A model generated the notes under the pieces. That model saw only the letters and a list, made by a program, of their open reading frames with translations, was not told the origin of the DNA and made no database searches. From positions 1 through 38,067 of IMG/VR virus record IMGVR_UViG_3300048579_000348: a DNA stretch of 38,067 bases; one strand, written 5' to 3'. Below, piece after piece: positions 26,339 through 35,468 of this stretch (its first letter is position 1; each line of letters begins with the position of its first letter). This DNA is from a virus. Taxonomy: Duplodnaviria > Caudoviricetes. Both the position numbers and the translations under genes were made by a program.

Positions 26339-26755
26339 ATGAGCTATAAATACTACGACTGGTCAACTTTAATGATAAGCGAGCTGTTATATTCCTTCTC
26401 CCCATCAGAAAAAAACAAGTTCCAGGAAGAAATGTCTGTAACTGATTTTGTGGAAATAGTAAATAATAACAAGCCTGATAAAAAAGAGCTATACAGCTTT
26501 TTAAAATCAACACCTGATGCAAGATTAAAAAAGAAATCCTGGTACTCATCATTTGAAAAAAAGCTATCAATGATATTTTACTCGCTCTTATATTTAAAAT
26601 GCGCTCGGAGTATGATGGAATCTTTTCCGTTGAATTTAAACGGTCCTTACCGAACAGTGATAGCGCAAATATCCTGCAATGCATATAATACTCTTGATTC
26701 AGAGAAGAAAAAAGAATTAATAAAAATCGTATACAAAGAATTAATAAATTCATAA
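26339..26755 (+). CDS. Hypothetical protein, counter-oriented accessory gene
   Basis: 138-aa ATG ORF filling the gap between minus-strand genes; the antisense ORF 26322-26753 looks like its shadow. Confidence 0.65.
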   Translation: MSYKYYDWSTLMISELLYSFSPSEKNKFQEEMSVTDFVEIVNNNKPDKKELYSFLKSTPDARLKKKSWYSSFEKKLSMIFYSLLYLKCARSMMESFPLNLNGPYRTVIAQISCNAYNTLDSEKKKELIKIVYKELINS

Positions 26756-27742
26756 ATTTGTTTTTAAATTTTCGTTTGTAATTAATTTTACAAGTTTTTC
26801 TTTGAGTTCTGAATTTAAGCCGTCGTAATTCAGATTATTTCTTTCAATTATTTTTTCTGCCATAAAATCAATAATGCTGTTATCGTTTTTACAGTCGAAT
26901 TCCTGAACCTCCTTTGTCCTACAGAAAGCGACTGCCTTCATTATGCCATCCTGATATTTTATTTTTATCAGCTGTCGCAAATCAAGTTTTTTCGTTTTCT
27001 CGAATCCGGGGTTTCCGTAAGTGTAATTAAAATAAAAGTCTGTCTCTGGTTTTTGTATTTCCGGTTTAACCGGTTTATTCGAATATTCTTGCATATTACG
27101 AATCCAGTTCCGAATGGCAGCCTTCCAGTCTTTCATTTTTGATTTACCTACAAACCAATTCTTGGACTGGTAATAATCAAAAAATCTTTCGTACTCGTTT
27201 GAATTTACATCCTTTTCAGAAAAATAGATTTTCACGTCTTCAAGATTCGGAGGGATTTTTTTCGAAATTTTTTCGCCGCTCTTTTCTTTACTTTCATTTT
27301 CAATTTCATTTTCAATTTCATTTTCAGTGTTTGCTTTACCATTTGCTTTACTTTTGCTTGGTTTTTGGTTAAGCAAATGAGGATTACCCCCTTGTTTTCC
27401 TGCAGTTTTACGCTTTTCTGAAAGCTCTACAATTTTCACTATCTTCCTGCTGTAGATTGCACCGTCACTTTCACGCCTGCTAAACAAACCAAGTTGTTCA
27501 AAGTAGGTTAAGCATTTGCTTAAGTTTTGGTTATCCAAAGCTAAAGCAATTCCGAGCATTTTATCTGTCATCGGGATACCGTTAACAGTTAAAAATCCTC
27601 TCTCCTTTGATTCCCACATCAGGAATATCATATCAAGCCATATCATTTTTTCTTCCCTGCTAAGCGATTGAACCGCAGGATCCTTTTTCCAGTCTCCAAT
27701 ATAAAATGGCATTGCTGGTAAATCTTTCTTCTTATCTGACAT
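26750..27742 (-). CDS. Phage replication initiator (YdaU/DUF1376-like N-terminus)
   Basis: PAMPFYIGDW N-terminus, AGKQGGNP, low-complexity linker, and FFDYYQSKNW..GKSKMKDWKAAIRNW C-domain. Confidence 0.8.
   Translation of the reverse strand: MSDKKKDLPAMPFYIGDWKKDPAVQSLSREEKMIWLDMIFLMWESKERGFLTVNGIPMTDKMLGIALALDNQNLSKCLTYFEQLGLFSRRESDGAIYSRKIVKIVELSEKRKTAGKQGGNPHLLNQKPSKSKANGKANTENEIENEIENESKEKSGEKISKKIPPNLEDVKIYFSEKDVNSNEYERFFDYYQSKNWFVGKSKMKDWKAAIRNWIRNMQEYSNKPVKPEIQKPETDFYFNYTYGNPGFEKTKKLDLRQLIKIKYQDGIMKAVAFCRTKEVQEFDCKNDNSIIDFMAEKIIERNNLNYDGLNSELKEKLVKLITNENLKTNL
27296..27549. repeat. Iteron-like repeats, putative replication origin inside the initiator gene
   Basis: TTTGCTT at 27330, 27342 and 27353, GGTTAAGCA at 27367 and 27506, adjacent tandem CATTTTCAATTT. 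Confidence 0.5.
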
Positions 27743-27752
27743 TTTTCGACAG

Positions 27753-28067
27753 TTAAAATAATTTTAAAATATCCGATTTTCTTCTTTCTATAATTTGCCG
27801 TCTTACTTTTTTCGGCTGTTCTATTTTGTAGACCCTTTCGTATTCCTCTCTCAAATCATCATCATAAATATAAGCGTATGAAAATAGCTCCTTAACTTCA
27901 TAAAGAAGTTCCTTATCAAATACCCAGCCTTCAAGTTCAGGACTCCAGTTTATTTTCTTTTTGCCAAACCGTGTTCTTAAATCCTGAAGCTTCTGAACTG
28001 AAGGCTTATGGTATTGAAATTGTAAATAAAGCGTTTTACCATCCGGCTCTATTTTATGAATTATCAT
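27753..28067 (-). CDS. Hypothetical protein, HARP-like domain
   Basis: LQFQY...V.KL...WSPELEGWVF pattern. Confidence 0.5.
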   Translation of the reverse strand: MIIHKIEPDGKTLYLQFQYHKPSVQKLQDLRTRFGKKKINWSPELEGWVFDKELLYEVKELFSYAYIYDDDLREEYERVYKIEQPKKVRRQIIERRKSDILKLF

Positions 28068-28680
28068 CCTTAGCTAAATTTATATTTAAAGGCTTACTGA
28101 TATCCGTATCGACACCCTTTAGCTTGTAATAAATCTGCCTGCAGACCTCGACATCATAAATTGCATCGTGGAGTTTAGACTGGTCGATTACAATACCGAG
28201 ATGCTCAGCAACCGTACCCTGCTGAAAGTTTTTCATATACGGTCTTTTCTCAATCATCTTTTCGGTTGCCAGTACCAGGGCATCGAGAGAGTTTGGCCAG
28301 AACCAGGAACCAAAATAATTATCACCTGCATCATTGAAAAACCGCCTTAAGAACCCATCATCGAAAGACCTGTTATTGAATCCGCACAAATAGAACTTGT
28401 CAGTCTTATCGAATTTCGAAACATACCGGCTGAGCTTTGAAGTTAATGTGCTATGGTTTGCCGAAACAGAATCATAAGCCATTATTTGCTCCTGGGTGAC
28501 TCCTGAGACCTTTAAAGCCTCAGGAGTGATAATTGCATCGGCAGGCGGACGGATATTAAGAGAGAACCGCTCCTTTATCTCACCGTTGATATCGATAATA
28601 CAACCCAGCTGATGCAGGCAGTGTTGCTTTGAATCCAGTCCGGTAGTTTCACCGTCAAAGAATAAAATTTTTACGTCCAT
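28054..28680 (-). CDS. DEDDh 3'-5' exonuclease (DnaQ-like)
   Basis: FFDGETTGLD (ExoI), GFNNRSFD (ExoII), HDAIYDV (ExoIII). Confidence 0.92.
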   Translation of the reverse strand: MDVKILFFDGETTGLDSKQHCLHQLGCIIDINGEIKERFSLNIRPPADAIITPEALKVSGVTQEQIMAYDSVSANHSTLTSKLSRYVSKFDKTDKFYLCGFNNRSFDDGFLRRFFNDAGDNYFGSWFWPNSLDALVLATEKMIEKRPYMKNFQQGTVAEHLGIVIDQSKLHDAIYDVEVCRQIYYKLKGVDTDISKPLNINLAKDDNS

Positions 28681-30602
28681 TATTTTTTAGTTCCCTTCTT
28701 AGCGGAACTTTTAGTTTTGGAATCCTTTTTCTTTGCCGCGGGTTTCTTTGCCTTTAGCTTTTTTTCGGATTCTTTGTTCAATTCATTTACCCGGGCTTGT
28801 AAATCGAGATTGAATAATTCCGCAGCGGTAGCTATGAAATCAATCCTGATACCATCGTTTTCCTTTTTAAACTTGTTGTCCCAGTGATTATAGTTATCCG
28901 GTCCAAGTAGTTGTAATGATAAAAGCCCGTGAATGAGTTCGGTGAAAAACTTCGTGTCATCGGATTTCTCGCTTATGAGTTGTATCCTGTCGAGGAAAAA
29001 TTTACCATAGTCATCTTCAGTACCACCCCAGCTGTTTTTTTTCTTTTGTAAGTCCCATTTGAAATGATTCCTGAATTTGATTTTTGCATCGTGGTCGAAT
29101 TTATAAAAGATAACCTGCAGTAATAATTTTTTAAGTTTGACAGGAATTCCTTTTTTATCTTTTAACAATGAATCAATATTCAATCTGATACTATCGAGCA
29201 TTTCAAAGCGTGCCTGTGTGTTATTTTTAATGCGGGCGTCGTTTATCTTATCCTGAATACTTTTACCCGGGCTCGAACTTGAAGAACCTGAGGAGCTTTT
29301 TGGCTTTTCCTTTGTGATGTAAACAACCTTACCGAGTTCTTTCTGGTCTGATTCGGTGTAATTATTCACATCAACAACAATAGCCTTGGTCGCTCCCTTG
29401 TCAGTCTTCTTACAGATATTATATTGACCGGTTCCGATTATGTTTTTATCATTCACGCTATGCTGAGTCGAAACCTTAATATACTCTTCCTTACCGTCCT
29501 GCAGTTTCTTTTCAGATTGCGAAACGAAAGTACTAACCTTTTCGTTGTAGCATTTCGGGTCCGTGCAGAACTTATCCTTTGTGTATTCAGGAAAAAGCTG
29601 TCCTACGCACGCTGTATTGCTTTTGCAAGTGTTACAGGGCTTGTCTTTGATAAGGATTTTATCCGATAAATCAAACGGAGCATACTTGAGATTTTTGTAA
29701 AGATTATCTTTTACAAATTCCTCAACCTGGGATGGAAGGATAGATTTAATTTCCTCTTCGCTCGCATCCTTAATGCCGCCGTAAATATTATCGTTTTCAA
29801 ATTCCTCATAAATCTTTTCCTGAAATTCTTTCGTGTGCCTGCAGATGACTCTAACCACTGCATAGGAAATCCATTCCTTTTCAAAGAGTTTCTGAAATTT
29901 GTCAATGAGGTGATTCAGTCTGAGGCGTGAATAAATATACGTTGTAGATTTACCCAGCTTCTCAGCCAGTGCCTCTACGGTATATTTACCTGAGTTAAGC
30001 AAGTTCTGATATCCTATAGCCTCTTCCATCGGACGGATGTCATCCCTTTGCAGGTTTTCTATCATTTGAATTTCTGCAACCTGGGCATCCGTTAGAACTC
30101 TAACACTGCAGGGGATTTCCGTTTTACCGGCAAGTATGGATGCCCGGTACCTGCGTGTACCTGCAACAATTTCGTAAACGTTCAAAAAAGAGACAAATGA
30201 AGATGCCTGCTTACGTACTATGATAGGCTGGAGTACTCCGTATTGCTTAATCGAATCTGCAAGCTCCTGAAGCTTCTTTTTATCCCAGTGAGTACGGGGA
30301 TTGGTAGAAGATTCTTCAAGGAATTCCGTATTGATTAATACTACCGTATGGTTTTCCTGAATCGGCATTTCTTCACTGCCGGTGACGGGTGCTTTCGGCT
30401 GTGCAACCTTACATTTTTCAATAAGCTCTTTTGTCTTTTTGGTTGGAATAACCTCAATAAAATTTTGCTTATTGAACCTTGACCCCTCTATGCCGCAAAC
30501 TTCACACGTGTAGAGGGTTTCGTGCTTATTTATTTCTTTAGTCTCTTTAAGTTTGTGAGGACTTTCACCTTCAATCAAAGAGACAAATACGGGTTTTGCC
30601 AT
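28680..30602 (-). CDS. ParB/RepB/Spo0J family protein, long form with Cys clusters
   Basis: NPR, LADSIKQYGVLQPIIVR, IVAGTRRYRA, ENLQR, HTH; CEVC and CNTC..CTDPKC clusters. Confidence 0.9.
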   Translation of the reverse strand: MAKPVFVSLIEGESPHKLKETKEINKHETLYTCEVCGIEGSRFNKQNFIEVIPTKKTKELIEKCKVAQPKAPVTGSEEMPIQENHTVVLINTEFLEESSTNPRTHWDKKKLQELADSIKQYGVLQPIIVRKQASSFVSFLNVYEIVAGTRRYRASILAGKTEIPCSVRVLTDAQVAEIQMIENLQRDDIRPMEEAIGYQNLLNSGKYTVEALAEKLGKSTTYIYSRLRLNHLIDKFQKLFEKEWISYAVVRVICRHTKEFQEKIYEEFENDNIYGGIKDASEEEIKSILPSQVEEFVKDNLYKNLKYAPFDLSDKILIKDKPCNTCKSNTACVGQLFPEYTKDKFCTDPKCYNEKVSTFVSQSEKKLQDGKEEYIKVSTQHSVNDKNIIGTGQYNICKKTDKGATKAIVVDVNNYTESDQKELGKVVYITKEKPKSSSGSSSSSPGKSIQDKINDARIKNNTQARFEMLDSIRLNIDSLLKDKKGIPVKLKKLLLQVIFYKFDHDAKIKFRNHFKWDLQKKKNSWGGTEDDYGKFFLDRIQLISEKSDDTKFFTELIHGLLSLQLLGPDNYNHWDNKFKKENDGIRIDFIATAAELFNLDLQARVNELNKESEKKLKAKKPAAKKKDSKTKSSAKKGTKK

Positions 30603-30620
30603 TTCTTTCTCCTTTCGGTT

Positions 30621-30803
30621 TTATTTAATTGCTTTTAAGATTTTTACTGCTTTTTCTAATTCTTCTATTTTTCGATTTAAACTTTGAGTTTTTTCCTTTT
30701 TCGTTTTTCCGTAGTTTGTAAACGGTGTATGGTATTTCACGTGAACTTTATCCGCCTCAAGTCTTGCAATATTCCATTCTAATATTTCAATAGCATATTT
30801 CAT
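30621..30803 (-). CDS. Hypothetical helical-hairpin protein (paralog of 23117-23329)
   Basis: MKYAIEIL...LEKAVKIL. Confidence 0.7.
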   Translation of the reverse strand: MKYAIEILEWNIARLEADKVHVKYHTPFTNYGKTKKEKTQSLNRKIEELEKAVKILKAIK

Positions 30804-30814
30804 TTCGGATTTTA

Positions 30815-31021
30815 TTATTTCTTTAATATTTTTTCTTTGTAAAATTCTCTTCCGAGGTTGGTAATTTCGAGCGAATCAACTTTATTGCCGGAAAAACTTC
30901 GCTTTGTTTCTATGAACCCCGATTTCTCGAGCTGTCGGATAGAATGGAATAAATCCTGAATCAAAACTTCGATTCCGATTGATTTATTTTTATTCAATCT
31001 TTTTAAAATGCTTTTTTTCAT
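30815..31021 (-). CDS. Small winged-helix-like protein
   Basis: IRQLEKSGFIE...LEITNLGREF. Confidence 0.5.
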   Translation of the reverse strand: MKKSILKRLNKNKSIGIEVLIQDLFHSIRQLEKSGFIETKRSFSGNKVDSLEITNLGREFYKEKILKK

Positions 31022-31140
31022 TACGGTATAAAAATTATGATTAACAAAAAGATTACTGCAACGACAGCAAAACTTACTGCAAGCGTCTTTAAATCAAATG
31101 AGGGTATTTCCCTGTAAGGTGGAAGAAAATTATTCAGCAT
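31021..31140 (-). CDS. Small membrane peptide (39 aa; not in the ORF track)
   Basis: MLNNFLPPYREIPSFDLKTLAVSFAVVAVIFLLIIIFIP; overlaps both neighbours (TAATG coupling). Confidence 0.55.
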   Translation of the reverse strand: MLNNFLPPYREIPSFDLKTLAVSFAVVAVIFLLIIIFIP

Positions 31141-31348
31141 TTTTCTTTTCTCCTCGTTTTTTTCTTAAATCATTTAGAAAAGATTCATAGTTCTTTTTTG
31201 ACTTGCGGTCATTTTCGGCACTGTTGAAACTTTTTGATTGTAACGAATTGTCAGATGAGTTAAACTGACCATACCATTTGAACCCTTTGTATAATGGATT
31301 TTTACCTCGCATTGGGATCCTCCTTATATTCAAGACAGGCATTACCAA
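31130..31348 (-). CDS. Hypothetical basic protein (true start probably further downstream, at MRGKNP)
   Basis: ORF in operon orientation. Confidence 0.45.
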   Translation of the reverse strand: MVMPVLNIRRIPMRGKNPLYKGFKWYGQFNSSDNSLQSKSFNSAENDRKSKKNYESFLNDLRKKRGEKKNAE

Positions 31349-31514
31349 TTGCTATGAACACCCCTGCAAGATTACCCGGTGCATCTTCTTTGAGATTAAA
31401 TGACCAGCCTAAGCTCAGCAAGGTCTCTTTTAAATGACAGATTGGGAAGTTCTCGCATCTGTAGCAAGTCCGTGAAACTTCGTAATAAAACTTTTTTTCT
31501 TTTGCCATAATCAA
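31302..31514 (-). CDS. Small Cys-motif protein (paralog of 33796-34008)
   Basis: CYRCENFPIC...IGNAC. Confidence 0.65.
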   Translation of the reverse strand: MIMAKEKKFYYEVSRTCYRCENFPICHLKETLLSLGWSFNLKEDAPGNLAGVFIAIGNACLEYKEDPNAR

Positions 31515-31664
31515 TTAAGATGAATTTTTAAAAAGAAATGTTCAAAAGCGTAAACCTCAATATGCCCGAACTTTGCGTACAAAGGCATACAGAGGTATCA
31601 TTTTTTGTTAGTTCAAAATCTTTTATTCCGAAACGTAAAAGAAAAATTGAGTTTGTCATTTGTT

Positions 31665-31838
31665 TTAATTAAAAATTATAAATAAAATCATTCCTGCGAA
31701 AAATAGGGCAAGAATTATTAATAAAGGAAGTATCGGCAATGGGTTTTTAATTACCCTGTCGCAATTATCCCAAAGGATACAACTTACACATGCTTTTGCA
31801 TTTGGAATAATTCCTGCTTTGCATTGTGATTCTTTCAT
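31665..31838 (-). CDS. Small Cys-rich protein with C-terminal TM (57 aa; not in the ORF track)
   Basis: MKESQCKAGIIPNAKACVSCILWDNCDRVIKNPLPILPLLIILALFFAGMILFIIFN; ATGA overlap with the DUF1064-like stop. Confidence 0.6.
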   Translation of the reverse strand: MKESQCKAGIIPNAKACVSCILWDNCDRVIKNPLPILPLLIILALFFAGMILFIIFN

Positions 31839-32197
31839 ACTTCTTTAATTTGAATTTTGAAAGTGTGATACATTAATTTTTTCTTGAGTTTATATACTTC
31901 CGTCCGAAAGCCTTTGCAGTCTTCGACTATCAGCTTACCCGAATTTACGTCCAGATATACAAAGTCTGCTATATAAGAAATACCTCTTTGTACTCCTTTA
32001 TATGAAGGAATTAAATCATAAGGGCATTGCCTTTTTAAAAAACTTATAAATCCTTTAGACTGCAATATCTGTAACGTTTGCCAGCGTTCGTATTCTTTTT
32101 TGGAATCGAATTTATTACCTTCTGAATCTGTAATTTTTTTATTCCGGTACTTCGATTGCTTTTTCCTTAAATATTTATTTGAGAAGTTGAAAGACAT
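31835..32197 (-). CDS. DUF1064-like PD-(D/E)xK nuclease (candidate resolvase)
   Basis: SKYRNKK, FDSKKE, YIADFVY and VEDCKG motifs. Confidence 0.85.
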   Translation of the reverse strand: MSFNFSNKYLRKKQSKYRNKKITDSEGNKFDSKKEYERWQTLQILQSKGFISFLKRQCPYDLIPSYKGVQRGISYIADFVYLDVNSGKLIVEDCKGFRTEVYKLKKKLMYHTFKIQIKEV

Positions 32198-32203
32198 AAT
32201 TAA

Positions 32204-32527
32204 TTAGTTATTGTTTCTTAAAAATAATTTGTCAACATCGGTTTTTAAGCTGTCCAGCTTTGCAAAAAATTCTTTCGATACAATTTCAATTTCTTCGGGT
32301 AAAATTGCTTGTATAATTTCCTTTGGAATATCGGACTCAATAGACCAAAAAGCCGAACGCATGCTATCACCCTTGTCGGTTGTTTTGCTTTTTACTGAGA
32401 TATTGACTAAATAATTACTTATTTGTATATCCTCGTTAAGGACATCGATTATTTTTTGAACTCTTTCTTCTGCTCTTTTAGTAGCTTTTTCGTTAATGAT
32501 TTTCTATAAAGAGTTTATATTTTCCAT
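32204..32527 (-). pseudogene. 107-codon ORF interrupted by an in-frame TAG at codon 8
   Basis: MENINSL*KIINEKATKRAEERVQKII...LFLRNNN; TAG at 32504-32506, otherwise open and filling the intergenic gap. Confidence 0.65.
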
Positions 32528-32555
32528 AATGATTTATTTTCATATAGCGGTACAA

Positions 32556-32813
32556 CTAAGTACCGCTATGATTTTTTGATAAAATAGATTTTAATTTTAA
32601 AAAAATATTGCGAGTGCTAACTTTATATAAATAATTTTTTAGTTGTTTTAATCTCGAATTACAGCAAGTGGATTCTGTAAATCCACGCATCGAGACTCTG
32701 CCGGCAGATGCAGAGATGCTTCTTTTACGCTCGTAGTAATCGTATAAACCGATTACGATAAAAGAGTAAAAGAAAAACCCTAAAATTATGCTAAAGAAAA
32801 TTATATTATTCAT
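32556..32813 (-). CDS. Hypothetical membrane-anchored protein
   Basis: N-terminal hydrophobic helix; TAATG coupling to the YqaJ-like gene. Confidence 0.5.
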   Translation of the reverse strand: MNNIIFFSIILGFFFYSFIVIGLYDYYERKRSISASAGRVSMRGFTESTCCNSRLKQLKNYLYKVSTRNIFLKLKSILSKNHSGT

Positions 32814-33799
32814 TAGTCTAAAATTTTAACGTAATTATTAAATACTTTAGTACCTTTGGAATTAGCTTTGTAAGTAATCGTCCCGGACGCCCCGAAATCA
32901 ACCGTATCAGCTTCACGCATAAAAGCAATGATTTTATTCTTGTGTTTCTGATACTCAGTTTCGATTTTCTTCTTATCATCATTGAGACTTACCATTGACT
33001 TGGCAGTATTAAGTATATCCTGAGTACCTTCCAGTTTGATTGGTTTTGAAACATACCTTTTTTCCATAAACTTTTCGTATGCCTCTGTATCGTCCGGCTC
33101 CGGCTCGAGATGTTCAAACGGCTTTCCCGCAGCATCAAGTTTTCTTGCCTCTTCAATCCTTGCGTAGAAGTCATTGCACCTGTCAATAATACCCCCGATA
33201 ATCTCATCGTTTCTTTTAACCGGGAATATTTCAAAGTTGCGTCCATCTTTCAACACTGCAATCTCTCCATATTCAAGCCCGGCAATAAGCATATAAGTCT
33301 GAAGCTGAATCAGATAATAAGGCGGCAAGCCTGCTTCCCATTTCTTTAAAGCGAAACTGCCTGCAGTCTTAATTTCCAGTACTCCTTCATCACCGTTCTC
33401 ATCTACGATTAAACGGTCGATGTTTGCGAAAAAATAAGGATAGTCAGGGTTTCTAATGATGCTATAGATTTCCCTTGATTCCCTTTTAATCCTGCCTGCT
33501 TTGAAGTTTTCGCTCATGGATTGGAAATCAAGCTTATCCTTTTCGTAGTACTGCCAAACTGTAGCAACTTTATCCTCGAGCATTTTACCCCAGAACATTG
33601 GTTCGTTTTCAATATTCTCCGGAGTCTTTTCGATTTTCTGATAGAATACTTCGATTGCAGAACTGTAAGGATTTAATCCGAGGATGGCTCCGACTTCGGA
33701 CCCTCCTATGCCTGAGTGCCTACGTTTAAGCCATTCTTCCCTTGGCATATCCTTTGTATCGATTAAAACTAATTTTTTATTATCTGATAATTTTTTCAT
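32813..33799 (-). CDS. YqaJ-like viral recombination exonuclease (lambda-exonuclease family)
   Basis: WLKRR..GIGGSE.GAILGLNPY, ANIDRL, LEIKT and QLQTYM motifs. Confidence 0.93.
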   Translation of the reverse strand: MKKLSDNKKLVLIDTKDMPREEWLKRRHSGIGGSEVGAILGLNPYSSAIEVFYQKIEKTPENIENEPMFWGKMLEDKVATVWQYYEKDKLDFQSMSENFKAGRIKRESREIYSIIRNPDYPYFFANIDRLIVDENGDEGVLEIKTAGSFALKKWEAGLPPYYLIQLQTYMLIAGLEYGEIAVLKDGRNFEIFPVKRNDEIIGGIIDRCNDFYARIEEARKLDAAGKPFEHLEPEPDDTEAYEKFMEKRYVSKPIKLEGTQDILNTAKSMVSLNDDKKKIETEYQKHKNKIIAFMREADTVDFGASGTITYKANSKGTKVFNNYVKILD

Positions 33800-34008
33800 T
33801 TTGTTTTTTGATTTTGATTTTGAAATTTAGTACAGCAATTACCCAGGGAAACGTATATATAAGTATATGGTAGCGGTCTGACATCTCCATCGATATTAAG
33901 CATATTATTTGAACTTGCGATTAGCTTTTTCATTCCAACCCTTAAATAGCATAGCTCAAAATGAATGCACGTAAAACAAGATTCGGTTTCTTTAATCTGC
34001 CTGACCAT
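33796..34008 (-). CDS. Small Cys-motif protein (paralog of 31302-31514)
   Basis: CFTCIHFELC...LGNCC. Confidence 0.65.
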   Translation of the reverse strand: MVRQIKETESCFTCIHFELCYLRVGMKKLIASSNNMLNIDGDVRPLPYTYIYVSLGNCCTKFQNQNQKTK

Positions 34009-35468
34009 TATTCGGTATCCTCTTCGATTAAGAATCCGATTTCTTTGTCATCGGAAACCTTTTCAATAAACAACTGGTAATCGTTTTCTTTGCAGGCTTT
34101 TCTTATGATATCGAGCATTTCAGAATCGAGCAAACTTCCGTCTTTGATTCTCATAATTCTCAAGGTCGGATTTAAAGCCATTTGAATTTTAACTCCGATT
34201 TCAATTAGTTTTGCTTTTGAAATCTGCTCTTCAGTCAACTCCATACCTTCATATGACAGTCCCTCATCAGTGAAAGCAAGACCGTCAACCGGCATTTTAA
34301 CGGAATTTATCAGTTGAATCTTTTCCTTTTCGATATCATTTATTGCATCAAGTTTCTCACGTTTATTCGATTCAACTTCTTTCAGCTCTGAAATTAATCC
34401 CTGCCTGGTATTCTCTGTGTCGACCAGGGCATTATGCTCTTCGATTTCCTTAAGAAGTGCATCACCGTTGAATTCCGGAACTGTGATTTTATTAAACTCA
34501 TCGAGCAAGGAATTAATTTTAGCCGTATTCTCTTCCTGAAGATTTACGAAATTCGAGATTTCATTCTCTTTGAGTTTGATATTATTTTCAAAAACAGTAA
34601 TGTCAGATTTTATATCCTTTATTTTCTGCTCGGATTTTGTTTTGTATTCTTCGGCTTCCTTTTTTAACTGTTTAATTTTTTCTTCAACATTCTGTAAATA
34701 ATTCGAGCAGTCAGACTCCGTTTGTGCAATCCCGTCATAAGAGTTTTGAATTGACGTCCTGTTATTCCCCTGGTCGGTCTTCAGCTTATCTATTTCCTTT
34801 GAATGATTTTCGTTCTCTTTGTAAATGAGCTCGACTTTTGATTTGATTGCATCCTTGCCATTCTGAATGTCATTGATTTCCTTCTGACGCTTTAAGATAT
34901 CGGATGCGTCTTTCTTTGCGGCTCCGGTACTGCCGAAATTATGAATCGGAATTTTATCGATGGATTTCTGAATGCGAATCTCATCCTTGAAAATCTCGTC
35001 TTTCTCATCGAGCAATTTTCTTTTTCTGTTATCGATTTCAGTAAAATCCAAACCCAGTAGCTTCATAAGAAATCGTTTCTGTTCGATTGGAGCAAGCTCT
35101 ATGAACTCAAACGGGTCGAAAGTAATATTACCAATCGTATCATTAAGGAATTTCTGTGGAGATGGGTATTTCTGTCCGGACTCGGTTTTAACAATTAAAG
35201 TCGTTGTATTCTTTTTAAATACCTTTTCGACCGTGATTATAGCTCCATCATCTTTTTTAATTTTAACAATATTCCTGGCTGAATCTTTGCCTTTCTGAAT
35301 CGGGTCTGTTGGCAGGTCCTTGCCTGTGAGCGTTGTAAATAGCGCATCGATTAAAGAGGATTTACCGACTCCGTTCTTACCGGTGATAATTACACCTTTG
35401 CCGTCCAGTGTCAGCTGGACGGCAGTCAGCTTTTTAAAGTTCTCGGTTTTGATTTCATATATATTCAT
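34008..35468 (-). CDS. AAA / SMC-Rad50-like ATPase with long coiled coil
   Basis: ENFK, ITGKNGVGKSS (Walker A), central coiled coil, RIKDGSLLD. Confidence 0.88.
   Translation of the reverse strand: MNIYEIKTENFKKLTAVQLTLDGKGVIITGKNGVGKSSLIDALFTTLTGKDLPTDPIQKGKDSARNIVKIKKDDGAIITVEKVFKKNTTTLIVKTESGQKYPSPQKFLNDTIGNITFDPFEFIELAPIEQKRFLMKLLGLDFTEIDNRKRKLLDEKDEIFKDEIRIQKSIDKIPIHNFGSTGAAKKDASDILKRQKEINDIQNGKDAIKSKVELIYKENENHSKEIDKLKTDQGNNRTSIQNSYDGIAQTESDCSNYLQNVEEKIKQLKKEAEEYKTKSEQKIKDIKSDITVFENNIKLKENEISNFVNLQEENTAKINSLLDEFNKITVPEFNGDALLKEIEEHNALVDTENTRQGLISELKEVESNKREKLDAINDIEKEKIQLINSVKMPVDGLAFTDEGLSYEGMELTEEQISKAKLIEIGVKIQMALNPTLRIMRIKDGSLLDSEMLDIIRKACKENDYQLFIEKVSDDKEIGFLIEEDTE

Noticed and set aside
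31528-31659. 43-codon minus-strand ORF (MTNSIFLLRF...)
   Set aside because: It fills a gap but has no motif or other support
32504-32506. Genome-wide TAG recoding (alternative genetic code)
   Set aside because: Only one interrupted gene; all long genes are intact under code 11, TAG serves as a plausible stop at 5549, 13191 and 32556, and no suppressor tRNA was seen
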